Shown here: one piece after another, positions 52,001 to 64,000 of the stretch
Layout: every line of letters starts with the position of its first letter
Position numbering within the stretch: the stretch's first letter is position 1
DNA from: Daphnia carinata
Taxonomy: Eukaryota
Reading direction: 5' to 3'
Assembly (NCBI RefSeq): GCF_022539665.2
Contig: NC_081331.1
Location: forward strand, 620,001 to 684,000
Length of the DNA: 64,000 bases
Translations under genes and position numbers: made by a program
The notes under the pieces: generated by a model
What the model saw: only the letters and a program-made list of their open reading frames with translations
Database searches by the model: none
Told to the model about the DNA's origin: nothing

Positions 52001-53427
52001 CAGTCAAGTCACCAGAAATATGAGCCAAGTTGCCGAATCCTCCACAGCTGACAAGGGAAGCTTCTGGAAATCTTTGGTCGGAGAGGTGGTCGTTTACGAC
52101 GTTGAGAACGGAGAAATCAGCTACCAAGTAAACGTTTGCTTAATCGAAATCAAGTAATATTTAAATAACAACTCATCTCTTGGTTACCAGCTACCCCTGA
52201 GCCGCAAGATTCATAGCTTGCGTGATCTGTTGAAGATATTCGATGCCGAATATTTCCCATTGAGAGGACTAGTTATCACTTCTTCGTTGAGGTCTATGTA
52301 CCGCGAAATGCGTGCTAAGTACCACCCGGCTTTGGCTTCCACTCGCCTCAATGGTATGCATTCCTAATTACCTTTTCATTACCATATTGTCTAGGTCTTT
52401 CATTCATTTAATAAACGTTTGGTTCCTCTGTTAAGGATATGCTTCGTTGATTGGATCCAAGGGAATCATTACATTCGACAAGAAGTCGTTCGATTTGAGC
52501 GGTGGCAGTTGCCAATATCTGCTTGCTCGCGACTTCCTCAATATGGACTTTGCCGTGGCCATCAACTTCGAGCAACCTTCTGGCGATCGCATTAAGAAAT
52601 CAGTCATTTTCACTGACGGAGCCGATCAAGTTGAGATCAAGGATGAACAAGTCTTTGTCAACAACAAGCTTCTGGCTGTTGCTCTTCCCGCTAAACTTAA
52701 ACTTAAGACTATCACCGTCCAACGCGAAGAAAACATCGTTACCGTCAGACGCCATTCCGGTGCCATTCTTCGCTGTGACGTCGTTAAAGATGCTTGCACT
52801 TTCGAGCTGAGCCCCTTCTATGCTGGACGTACTATGGGTCTGTGGGGTACTTTCAGCAACGAGCATGCTGATGACATGAGCGAGCCCACCGGAAAGGTAA
52901 CTATCATTTTAAATAGTGTCTTTTTTCGGGCAATGGATAATTGTTCTATAATCTTCAACAGATCAGCAAAGATATGACCAGCTTCGTCAACAGCTGGAAA
53001 ATCAACAAGACCTGCAAGGACAACGTCCAAACCGTTACTGAATCTCCTCACGTAATGCTTCAGTCGATTGCTTCATCCGGAGTGGATTCTAATGTCTGTG
53101 ACAACCTTTTCGAAGATAAGGACTCCGATCTAAGGTAAAAGCATTATTTGAGGGAGAGTAAATCAGGTATTCAGAACAAAACATTGTTTATTAAAATAGC
53201 TCCTGCTTCAAGGTTGTCTCTCCCGCTCCCTATCACGACCTGTGCCTTAAGTTTGCCTACAAAGCCAAAACCTCTGAACCCGCCTTCCAAAGTCAGTTGG
53301 AAAGCCTTATCGCTGGCTACCGCGCTACCTGCCAAAGATGGGAAGTTTCTCGTAAGTTCACATAATTAAAAATCCGTATTAACTCTTCGCATAAAATATT
53401 GTTTTGTTTGGATTCCTTGCAGTTTAA
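40047..53427 (+). CDS. Large lipid transfer protein, apolipophorin-II/I (apoB-like) precursor; 32 exons, ~3,140 aa; one apparent +1 frameshift near 46170
   Basis: Signal peptide MGKSSSMWALLLLVPCVLA. Vitellogenin_N/LPD_N motifs KFRYAIGQTYTYDF, WVVNIKRSVLSMLQ, ESDVIGRCPTEY, EIRIAAY, NQVGSYISSHL, KSFIPRSASMNLT, FPTVAGFPLRL. Furin site RSKR at ~aa 726-729. C-terminal vWD (GIITFDKKSF...CQYLLARDF...RTMGLWGTF) and C8-like domain. Exons: 40047-40104, 40271-40312, 41587-41786, 42414-42593, 42662-42811, 42874-43075, 43140-43389, 43459-43531, 43593-43685, 43754-44089, 44153-44300, 44365-44648, 44706-44915, 44984-45624, 45686-46623, 46710-46842, 46908-47083, 47164-47369, 47452-47841, 47909-48290, 48350-48613, 48685-49240, 49307-49923, 49987-51466, 51532-51683, 51764-51916, 51978-52127, 52191-52353, 52436-52896, 52962-53134, 53200-53351, 53423-53427 (sum 9418 = 3n+1). 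Confidence 0.92.
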
Positions 53428-53585
53428 AACATCTAACGGGATACAGGCAAAATAGAGAAAAATTTTAAAAAAACAAGACACACTTCCCTTATTATTATAA
53501 TACCCTAAATGTAACACCTATATTTCGATTAATTGGAATACACCATTTAAAGATGGTCAAATTGTATTGATTTATTCCATTCATC

Positions 53586-54955
53586 TTATTCTACAATTGC
53601 AAAAGAATGTCCAGCGCCAGCGCCAATCGATCGAACCCGACCGGGAAAGTAATGACTAATATTTATGGGCCGGAATTGGTTTTCTACATTTCCGTTTCCA
53701 ACACTTCCGTGCTCGTTCCAACCCCAAGTCCATACCTGTCCTAGTGTATCAAGGGCCATTGAGTGTTCAGAACCTATTTTAATGCCACAAATCGTTAAAT
53801 GTTCTAAGCCAAGTAATTAACTTAAATACAATTCTACCGGCTGCGATCGACGTGATCCCTTCTAATTCAGGAATTTTTTCTGGGCGAAAAGTATTTGTCA
53901 AAGACGCCCTGCCTAACTGACCATAGGTATTTCTGCCCCATGTAAACACTTGTTGACGATCTGTTTAAAAGGAATGTTAACCATTTCAGTAAAAAGGTTA
54001 CCTTAAAAGCTCCATGAAAATACCTGTAAGTACCATGCAGTGGGTCCAACCGGAAACAACGTCCAATATTTTCCCGTTCTCTTCGTCCCACTCAATAACA
54101 GATGGATATTGGATGTGTTTTAACCTCTCTTGACCACACTGCCCATGATTATTGGTCCCCCAGGCTATCAGTTGATTTAGGGTGTTCAACGCCACAACGT
54201 GTTGCTGTCCGCAAGAAACCTTAACAACTGCAGACAATCCTGTTGCAACAAAGCATTGTGTAAGCCCAACATCTTTATGATGTTGTAGGTATTGCTATGG
54301 ACCTGAAACCTGTTTCACATACTTCTCCGACCCCCACATTTGCAGAAATCCATTGCTAGTTACAGCTACCGAATTTCTCAAGCCAGCTGATGCTTGGGAA
54401 AATGGCTGCTTGCCTGTATTCTGGAGTTCTATCAATTTCCCAGCATGCTATGGAGAAATTTTTTTGTTTAACCAAAGTGAGCTCTGGCTCACACTGTAGT
54501 ATAATTCGTACATTACTTAAAATCCCCAATTGGCCAAACAAATTGGATCCACATCCATAAAGTGTTCCATCAGCTGCAAGGAATAAGGAAAAATCCCATC
54601 CACATGCAACACTTGTCACATTACGGCTAATCAAGGTAGGAATTTCAGAAAAAACACTGATGGATTTTTTCTCTATAGAACATAATTGTCCTACATTATT
54701 GAAGCCTGTACCCCAAATTCTTCCATTGCTAGAAATAATTGAATGGTTTCCTCCTCCAGTTATTTGGCAATTGTGAGCAATTGCTTTTTCTAGTTCTTCT
54801 GGAAGCACAGTTAGCGTTGGAACAGATACAAGTTCTGATTCATATCCTTGTCCTAGTTGCCCATGACTATTAGTGCCCTAAAAATATTTCAACTTCATAA
54901 GACATGGGAGTAATTTTGGAACTATTAAGTGTGGTACCCATGCAAAGAGCTGCAT
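53586..54955 (-). CDS. SERGEF: RCC1-repeat protein, secretion-regulating guanine nucleotide exchange factor (DelGEF)-like; 6 exons, ~351 aa
   Basis: Exons 54955-54938, 54877-54512, 54447-54303, 54239-54024, 53960-53838, 53773-53586 (1056 nt, in phase). Motifs LFAWGTNSHGQLG, ITGGGNHS, VACGWDFS, GSNLFGQLG, VSGWTH, TWGRNTYGQLGR, AGSEHS, TWGWNEHG, IGAGAGHSFA follow the SERGEF order. Minus-strand AATAAA at 53576-53571. Confidence 0.88.
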
Positions 54956-57931
54956 CTCAATTTGCTTGTGCTTGAAGAGTAAACCAGCCACTGGTTCCTC
55001 GACTGTAGTGATTCAAGAACAACAGGAATGAATGGTAGTTCTGAAACAATTGCAACTTATGAAATTCAATTTGAATTAAACTTGTTCACTAAGTAGGTTC
55101 TTCTATTTTGAATCAAATGTCATTAGAATTTGATAATCGATACTTTGATTGTCAAATTAAGCGAAAAAAAAAACTTCGTCAAATGTTCGCTAGATGGTTG
55201 CGGACTGATGCCGATTCAAAAATTTCTTGTATAAAACGATTTGCTTTGTTTCGAACAATTCGGGAATCGAGGTTTTTGAAAAATAACACATGCATCTGTT
55301 GCTCAAGATGCCGACTAGCAAATATTCAATTTATTTTGAAGACATGCGGTGTTAATCTGTGAAGAGTGCCAGTGAGATGACACAATTATGCGATACATCT
55401 GACACTTGAACATCCAATCATCCAAACATAAAATACCAAGACAATCAATAGTTAGCCAATTTTCAATAAAGCTCCACAAAGAACAAATTTTCTTTGCAAA
55501 TATTCAGATTTCATATAATTCACAGATCGCATAGCATTATTGTCGCATTGTTACGTCGTTACATGAATTCTAGAAGCCTTTTAAGAATCTCTCCTGCAAA
55601 AATTGTAATCTCTAGAGGCGAAATGCAGTAACTGATGGTACCTTGTGAAACAGTTCACCGTTTTCCTCGTAATGAAACGAGCTTGGCATTTCTAGTGTAA
55701 AATTGGCTTTTCGTCGAGGTCACTATACAAGTAACCCAAACGAGCACACGCTTTACAAACAGTGCAATGTAACCTCGTAATAGCTTGAAGTCGCCGTCTT
55801 GTAGCAAATTAGGAGAAGCCTGTTTGTTGGTTCCTCTATCCCTTTCGTAATATAAATACGCAAGCCCCACTTTTTAGTATGGGGAAATATTTGTGAACGG
55901 TTGGTGTTACGTTTTCAAAAAGAAAGGGAGCAATTAAGAGCTACAGCAACGTCGTACGTTCTTTTTTCTATTTTGGTAGTGCGAAAGACAAGAATTTGTG
56001 GGCTTCATGAAGTGCAGACGTCATTTCTGAATGCCCTCATTTTATATGATCTATCTCTCAAGGAAAATTACGTATTTAGTTATTTATAATTTATTTCAGA
56101 TTTACGTTATCGAAAACCAACTTTTCGGCACGTCTGTTCTCTTTCCCATACATTAAAAAATTTAAAACGAAAATTGTATACGTTTTGTACGGCGTATTGT
56201 CTCCCTAAATAGTTGTTTTCTTTTGCATTCAAGACCCCTTTCAGTTCGAGTACCCAAGGTGAGAATTTAGCAACTGCCCTTGTCCTATCTTAAGTGGACA
56301 AGAACGTTAAGAGCGATGTGGCATACCAACGCGTGTGAGTCATGGTAGAACCGTACAACGTAAAATACTAAAATTAAAGTTTTATCAATTATGGATATCC
56401 ACAATTTTATCATACAAGGTCATTTACTAACGGTGGAGGGGTAAAAGACGTATATCTTCAGTTAAAAATAGAAAATAGCCGTGTGAGAAGGCTGTCGTGC
56501 TACGTTTTCTAACATTATAAGCGCCATATACAGCCCAACTATTCTGATTTTGACACGGTGAACAGAAGCAGTAGAAACCTTCGTGTTTGGATGCACAGTT
56601 TACGTATGGTAGAAGCGGTTAAAACTTTGGGGCTGCTTCTAATTTTAGAAAGAATACCCTGCTTCAGACGAAGACGGTAGCAGCAACAATCATTAGAAGA
56701 GACTCCGCGCAAAGCTCATGCTGAAAGAGCTTTCTCACCCCGACGTCGTTAGCCCTCTTCACTTTCGTGTTTTCTCTTTGGATCCTTCCGTCGTGTTATT
56801 TTTCGTGAGCCGTCGCGCCCGTTGAGCTGCGCCAATTTCAAAATTCAACCAAACTAAGGGTGTTTCTGCATACGGAATTCTGTGTGCCGAGTTTTACCCC
56901 ATTTTAACAAGTGAGTTGTTTCACATCCTTCGATCACACTGCAAAAATTTAGTTTGTGATCCTTTTGAATACTTCGGCTAACTCAAATAAGCGACGACGT
57001 ACGTGGCCAGTCATATTTAAGATTCAACATTCAATCCCCGCAAATGAAAGTAATGTAAGAAAATTGTTAAGGCTCTTTCATTGACCAACAAACATCAATA
57101 GAGATTTTGCGGTGTAAAGAACATCGGGGAGTTGTTTAGTTAACCCCCATAAGAAGAGCTTAGTCAGACTGCAACACGGGGACTTGGATAAATTTAGCTT
57201 CCAGTCGGACAATATACACACTTTGGCATTGGTTACGCGGGACCCGTGAGTATTCGGTCCACAAGACGGGAGTCAGGCGGACGCCGGTTCAAGCTATCTA
57301 CAGTTCAGAACTTTTGTAGCATTCATTCAACAGTACTCTTGCCTTCCTAAAGTAGTTGAAGCATCCCTATAGCTGCCATTTGGATAAGCTGTGATCAAGT
57401 AAAATGTTTGTTATACTACTTTATTTTCATCAGATTGATTCATTTTTAAGTAATTTAGCAGCCTAGTTATACACTAGTGTTATTAGTAGGATAATATTCA
57501 GTATTTCTTTTGTGAATCAAATGTCGTATCCCTACGATGGCGTTTTAATTTAACGATTCGTTGTTAATGACACGGAAAAATATTTTCGTAAAATGTGAAA
57601 TAATGACAGACAGACTTTTGTCCTTTAGCAGAATCAGATAGCGAAGTGTCTAATTTTCAAATAATAACAGCGAAATTCTTAGAAAAGGAAAAATGGTGCC
57701 TGTGTTGATTTGTTGCTAGATTTTGGGCGTCCCGCAAAAGCTTTGGCATCGGTTGCTGCTTGGCAACCACGCATAGTTTTTGTTTACATTTGGTTGTTCA
57801 AAAATGGCAGAGCTCAAGAATGTTAGTCGTAAATCCAGTGTTCATGAAACTGCTACGTGTTATACTCCGTTAATGATGATGGTTTGTTTGCAGTTTAAGT
57901 GCCCAAGCAACTTCTTTACAAGAAGAGAGCC

Positions 57932-60624
57932 ATGGATTCTGAAACTGATGCCGTTGTACTGGAAAATGTTTTCAATCTACAAGTAAACAAAGACTAAATA
58001 CATTGTCATTTAATTATTTTCCAAATTTTTTCTATATCAATTCTGACTTCTACAGGGGGAAGGTAACCCAGTAGGTGAAGGCCTTGTAGCAGAGAAAAAA
58101 AAAAAGAAATCTAGCACGAAAAAAACAAAAAAATCAAAACAAGATGTGGCTTCCAAAGCAACAGTAAGCTTTTGAAATAATACAACAGGAATTGGTGTTA
58201 AAAATTGAGGTAAAAATTATGTGTAATTGAACTTCTTTTTCTTTAGAAATTTGAGGGGAAAAAAATCCATGTGCGATCAGTTGATGCTGCACAAGTCCAG
58301 CAGAGATTCAACAAGGTAAATTTAAACTATATGTTACAACTAAAGCATGCTTAAAATGAATGTTTTGTTTTCTGTCATTAAGTTTATATTTTATGTTTAT
58401 AGGTTGCATCTGATTCTGATGCTTCGGCTACACTTTGCAAGCTATGCAACAAGCAAGTTTTTCAAATGGAACGAATTAAAGCAGAAAAGCTGGTTTGGCA
58501 CAAACACTGCTTCAAGTGCACTGAGTGTCAAAAGAACCTAACGTTAGTATACATCGTGCGCAAGCTCCAATTTGAGGTTCATAACAACTATCTTGTTTAA
58601 TAGGGTTGATACCTACAATAGCCATGAAGGTATGATCTACTGCAAGCCTCACTTCAAACAGTTATTTCAACCAAAAGCAGTCCTGGAGTCTGATGAGCCA
58701 TGCAAGCATTAATATAGTATACTGAATACCTCACCATATTGATGAACTTTGGTCTTTCCAGATTATCTAAAGCCTGAATTGATTATTAGAGAGAGCCAGC
58801 CTATCGAACTACCGGCAGACGTTGTACGAGGTACCATTTTCGTTTTTCTTTTCTTCACAGATAAATCAATTATTTCTCTGCATCTACAGCGAGTGAAACT
58901 TCTAGCAGTTACGGCATGGACGAGTTAACAAACCTGGATCTCAAATCTAGATTTACAATTTTTGAGCGAGCGTCTTCACACTCTCAGGCTGAAGTGGAAA
59001 TTAGGGAAGAACACAAGACGGTTAAACGCTCAGAGAGTATTCTTTCACGATTGGCCCGGTAAGTTATGTCCTTATACTGATCGTGCAATTGCAATAACCA
59101 TCGAATTTTGATCATCAAATTGTGTTTAGATTTGACCGTGACAATGCCAGTTTGAAGAACGAATTGTCTAAATCCTGTGGTAATTTAGACATTCAGGATT
59201 CATCGTCTGAAGGTGAAGAGGGGTATATGTATGACGACGTGGCCGGCAACCGCCTGTCAGCTTACATGGGGCCAGACAATTCCGTTAGTTTTGGTTCCAT
59301 ATCCGATATCAAATCGAAATGGGAGGATGACAAGAACGGGTCTCCTCGCAACAGACGCGAAGAGTTGGCAAAGCAGCGTAAGGAAGAACTTAAGCTACTT
59401 AGGGCTCGACAATGCCAGGTATGTGGTCTATTGGAAATTGGAAAATTTTTTTAATTTATCAACTAATGTATCCATTCAGGGTCGGCAACTACGTTTGAAA
59501 GAACAGTACGAGCAGGCAACGCAAGAAGCGCGAGATGGTAAAGAAAGTCATGTAAATGACGCAAGCGTTGTTGATCCTGAAAAAATCAAGCATATCAAGG
59601 ACATATTTGAAATGGGTGGAAACGAAGAGAGGTCGTCTGTAAACAAATCTTCGGAACATCTTGTCGACCCAGAAAAACTCAAACAACTGAAGGGAATGTT
59701 CGAAAGCGGAGGCGACAGTGCCTTTGGCGAAAAACATGAACGCCACGAAGAAGTGATTCTTGGAGGTAAGGAAAATTTATTCTGAGTGCAGCTTTCAAAT
59801 AATTGAACATATTATAATTATTTACTAGCAATTACCAAGGAGGCCCGAAATATCTTCAAACAAATGGAGGAAAACGGATTTCAGGATAAGAATCGGCAAA
59901 AAAGAGTATGATCCGCTTGTACTTAACCTGAAGATCTCGAATGAATTATTTTTTTGTTTTATTTGCTTTTAGGAACAATATGGCTTGGAAAATAAGGATA
60001 CTTTCAAAAGCACATCCGCAATGCTGGACTTGTTCCGTCGCCTTGAAAAGGAACCGGACGCATACAGAGGTAGTTGCCAAACATTCCGTGAATGACAAAT
60101 TCATAGAATTTTATCTAAACAAAATACGTTCCTTGCAGATAACCGAGACGAAGATGATTATGAGGAAGAAGAAGAGGAAGATGGAAGTGAGGGAGAGTAT
60201 TCGGATGATGGACATGGTTCTGACGATAACGAAGAAGAAGAAAACGTACCGGTCGGTCTGACTCCTCAACAACAAGAGCTCTTACAAATTGTAAGTGAAA
60301 GATTATTGAACAAGTTCCAAACCAGGATGTCCTTGTCACAGTCGTAACGGTTCTTACGCGTTTTTTTTTATTTTTCTTCCTTTTTTGTGTATTTAGGCCA
60401 GAGATCGAGCTGTAGCCAAAAACATGAGAGAGAAATTTGAACGCTGGGAATTCAGCACTGACGAAGAAAAGTTGGCCTACGAGAAAAGTATGATGATTCC
60501 CGAATCAGAAGAGATACAAGCGTCATTAAACACGACTAGAAACTTGCGCGCCATGTTTGAAAACCTGCAGAACGAGCCGCCAAAACCAGAGAAGCCTAGG
60601 ATCAAAGTCAATAGATTCGTTTGA
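57932..60624 (+). CDS. LIM-domain actin-associated protein (EPLIN/LIMA1/Xin-like LIM); 13 exons, ~610 aa
   Basis: Exons 57932-57982, 58056-58163, 58247-58315, 58403-58542, 58604-58701, 58762-58830, 58890-59058, 59130-59418, 59480-59765, 59829-59905, 59973-60069, 60139-60290, 60397-60624 (1833 nt). LIM domain CKLCNKQVFQMERIKAEKLVWHKHCFKCTECQKNLTVDTYNSHEGMIYCKPHFKQLF, followed by an acidic tract and repeated basic-x-x-FE motifs. The model needs one GC-AG intron, and the 5' end is uncertain. Confidence 0.85.
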
Positions 60625-63600
60625 TGGCTTTTGTTTTTTTACACGATTTAAACCAATAATCGTCAGCCCTCGGGTGAGATAAGAATTTTCTAAATTAAAA
60701 CTTGGTCGTTGAAGTAAATGTTCAGTGTACTACTCAACCAAATTTTTTTGACAAGCACATGGATTGACAGCAAAATACATTTTACTTGCTAAGGCTTCAT
60801 GATGGACAACAAATGATCTTTGTTTTTGTTAAAACATTGAAGTTTTTCAAATCCCGCCATGGAGCTGTTAGGTGTGTATCGAACTCTATGCATTATTACT
60901 TCTAGGTATATTGCTCTTCAATGGCGGAGTCGTTGTCCAGCTCGGGAAATGTAGTTCGCCTAACGGACGAAAAGATCAGCCGTGAATCCGAAACCGTTTT
61001 TGGCCTACTGTTACCAAAGCTTTATAGTCCTACTGAATCCGCAGCGATGCACAAGGAAGTCGTAAAAATTGAAAAGAAAAACGAACTCGATGGGACACGG
61101 CGCTGAAAATTGTCGGACTTGGGCGAGTCCATCGGCCAACAGGTATACAGCTATTATATTCCAGCGGATGCTGCGGTTCTGCGGATGCGGTGCGTGCGCC
61201 TTCTAACAGAATCCGTCGAGCGCAACGTCCGCAACAATAGAACGAGTAACATCTCGCCGTTTAATGGAGCGCAGCTACGTGCCTTTTTTCTTTTGGTTTG
61301 CAAGAGGAAGTGCCCTCAGGAGCATCTCAAGTTAGTTGTTTTTTTTTTTTTTAGTGGGAAAAGCGACGCGCTTCGTCGCCGCCACATCATAAAGAACACA
61401 ATATCATCGTCTGATACGTACATTATTTTTATGCAACAATAAAGGTTGAACTGCCTAGGTGTTTCAACAGTTAGGGAGGAGCCGACGAAGAATATTTTTA
61501 CTGGAAAAGAAGAAAGAGAGCAAACTGTTCAAGGATTATGTGGCTTGCGAGTTGGTTTAATCTTTGAAGGTAATTCTTTTTCAAAATAGCAATTTTTTAC
61601 ATACAATATGACGACATATTAGCTAGTCATGATAAATCAATTGTATAAGATGTTCAAGCTATTCGTGACAGTTTCATCCTTCGACTCCATGGCTCGAGTT
61701 GTTAGGGTAACACGAAAAGACATCATTCATTTTGATTTCCTTTATTGCAAACTTGAAAAGTTCTGACGTCGGTTACTAAAGAGAAGTTCTGAGAGGTGTG
61801 CGTGCGCGCCTGTATGTTATGACGAGTCACGCTTCAACGGGAATCCGAGTCGAATTATACCACGTCATTGCTGCGTGTTGCCAACAACGATTTCGGTATT
61901 TCCAACGAATAGCTGAACGACGCCAAGAATGGCGTGAACGTCTTTTACTGCGACGAAATGGCAGCGGCTTATGTGAATTCAATTTCGAATTGTAAACCTT
62001 TACGAACCGAGAAACGTATCAATCATCCGTACATGCAAACATCCTTAACATTTTAATTGATATACAAAATAAACACACCTTTTACAACCCACCTGTTCCT
62101 TCTCGGCAAACGTTGGTTTGCATGAGCCATTCCTATTTTGACTGTTGAACTACCTTGGTAGACAAACTGAGTAGTTTTTTTATGATTTTGCCTAATGTTT
62201 ACCCTGATTGTGTGCAGACGAAATACAGTTACAATCGTTCTGCATTTCAGTACTTTTGCATTTAATTGGGGATCCAGTTTGTTGTTACACACGATGTAGC
62301 ATTGCCTTAAAAATATTGTCCTAATTCAGTTCTTGTTTGAATGCGGAGCTCGTCAAGTGTCAACGACACCACCTTTTAAGATTGGTTATCATGATGCAGC
62401 TCGTCAACGTTTGATATGGACTTAACAATGATGGATTAACCAGCCTCTAATCCCGTCATCAGGTTTGGGACATGTTTATTACTCTTCCCCTTTTTTTTCT
62501 CCTGCCTTTTTTGTTGTTGTACTCTTGGCTAACCAGTGAGAAGAAGGGTGGGGCTTCTGGTGTGACCTCGTTACGTATTGACTGTAAATAACGAGACGTG
62601 ACGCACTAGTGAACAAATAATGCAGATGACTAATTTTATCAGTGAATTTCATATGGGCTTCATTCTACATTTTATTTTCGCACTGCTGGAGACACAGATT
62701 AGGTATGCTGGGAGTGTAAGTCGTAATGCTACTTTGTTTTTGTTTTACATTCTATAACGAAATGAAGAGTTTTGCCGGAAGTGGTTAGTGTACACGGACA
62801 TGAAACTTCTTTTCCCTTTCCCTCGCCACCCGTTGCCCTTCCTTTTTTTTGCTAGAAAGTGAAAGCCATCTAGTGGCCCTTGTGCGAACCGATGTCTGTA
62901 TTTTAGGAGAAAAAGAGACCGACTGTCAAAAAAATGGCTTCGTGTAACGAAAGTCCCTGCTCTCACTCTACAGAATTTCCTGAAAGTAAGTTGAATTGAA
63001 TTTTGTTTTCATTGATAAACTTTCCCTTGCTATCAATTAAAGGAAAGTTTCCATTGCGGCCGTTTGAAACCAATATGAGTACGTTCAGCTCAAAATTTCA
63101 TGTTTAAGACTAACGGAAGGGAGGGTTCATACGTATCTGGGACCCACCCACACTTTTTTGTTACTACTAATTTGCTCTCACCTCAATTTGGGGTAAATTG
63201 ACACCTTTTCAGGCGAATCGTAATTTATATACGACAACCGTTTTTATCATCATGGAATCAGATGTCCATGGTATCCTAGTGCATCCTTGTTTCAGTTCAT
63301 TCAAACCTATCCGTTACCAGTCTCAAAACTCTTGCCTACTCCCACTTTCCTTCCAAAGAGATTTGCATCTCTGTTTACTGAGCCTGATCACGTGAAGGCA
63401 ATGTGCCTGCTACATGTGTGTGACCGTAATCCTCTCACCATTTGTCAACAGCAAGTAACCGAGATGGCACATCATCCCCAAATATTTATATCTATGGCAA
63501 CTGATGTGCTGTTTTGGAACTCTGTTTCACTCCCCTTGTGTATACTTGCTCAGCTGAAAAGCTGTGTTAACAGAGCAGTCACAGTCTGTAGGTTCTGTTG

Positions 63601-64000
63601 ACCAGATGTGGGTCAGTTCCTTCTGCAAAACACAACTGACTCATTTGTGTGCGTGGTCTCTTTTTGCGAAAATTTTTAGGTCGCGACCCACAGTCTATCT
63701 TCCCAATCTGCGTGTGAGTGAGTCTGTATTAGTGTCTCGTCATTCTAGCGAAAGCTATTGATTGACTGCTGTAATCACTTTTTAAAAAGTGTTTTGCCTG
63801 AGATATCGGCACCCGGTGAGTCACCAAATGGCTGCTACAGGATTTTTATCCGTCATGTCTTGCATCGAAGAAGATTCCATTCTTTCCCTTTCTTGTTTTT
63901 TCTTTTTTTTTGTGTGTCAGTGCAAAGACCATCCATCAGCAGGTTCTTTTTTGGCACAGTCAGGGATCGTAGTGTAGAAGAAGGGCAGGGACAGTCACCG

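Noticed and set aside
57804..57986. Upstream ATG (MAELKN) as the LIM gene start
   Set aside because: Its plausible splice to the acceptor at 57893 is out of frame with the downstream exons; it may be a uORF or 5' UTR exon, which cannot be resolved without transcripts.

Overview
Eukaryotic, intron-rich arthropod DNA. The ~55-85 nt AT-rich GT-AG introns, high CpG content and frequent poly(A)/(T) runs look like a Daphnia-type branchiopod crustacean; that assignment is inference. There are no prokaryotic features or CRISPR arrays, and most entries in the ORF track are noise. The left half (1-33 kb) is a gene-poor block containing an intronless FoxD forkhead gene (10977-12944) and a 1.14-kb tandem duplication in which each unit carries an intact U6 snRNA gene. 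The right half is compact and holds four genes: ODAD2/ARMC4 (gudu)-like (minus), a 32-exon ~3,140-aa apolipophorin-II/I-type large lipid transfer protein (plus), SERGEF/DelGEF (minus), and an EPLIN/Xin-like LIM protein (plus). Exon chains were assembled by hand and checked for phase. Most notable points: a single +1 frame break in an otherwise clean apolipophorin gene; U6 copies with a non-canonical 5' stem-loop and a templated-looking duplication junction; an intact dynein-arm docking gene in what is probably an aflagellate-sperm lineage; an identical 19-mer about 165 bp upstream of two unrelated genes; a GC-AG intron competing with a LIM-truncating GT donor; and local CpG depletion suggesting gene-body methylation. 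I found no clear evidence of a wholly new multi-gene system.
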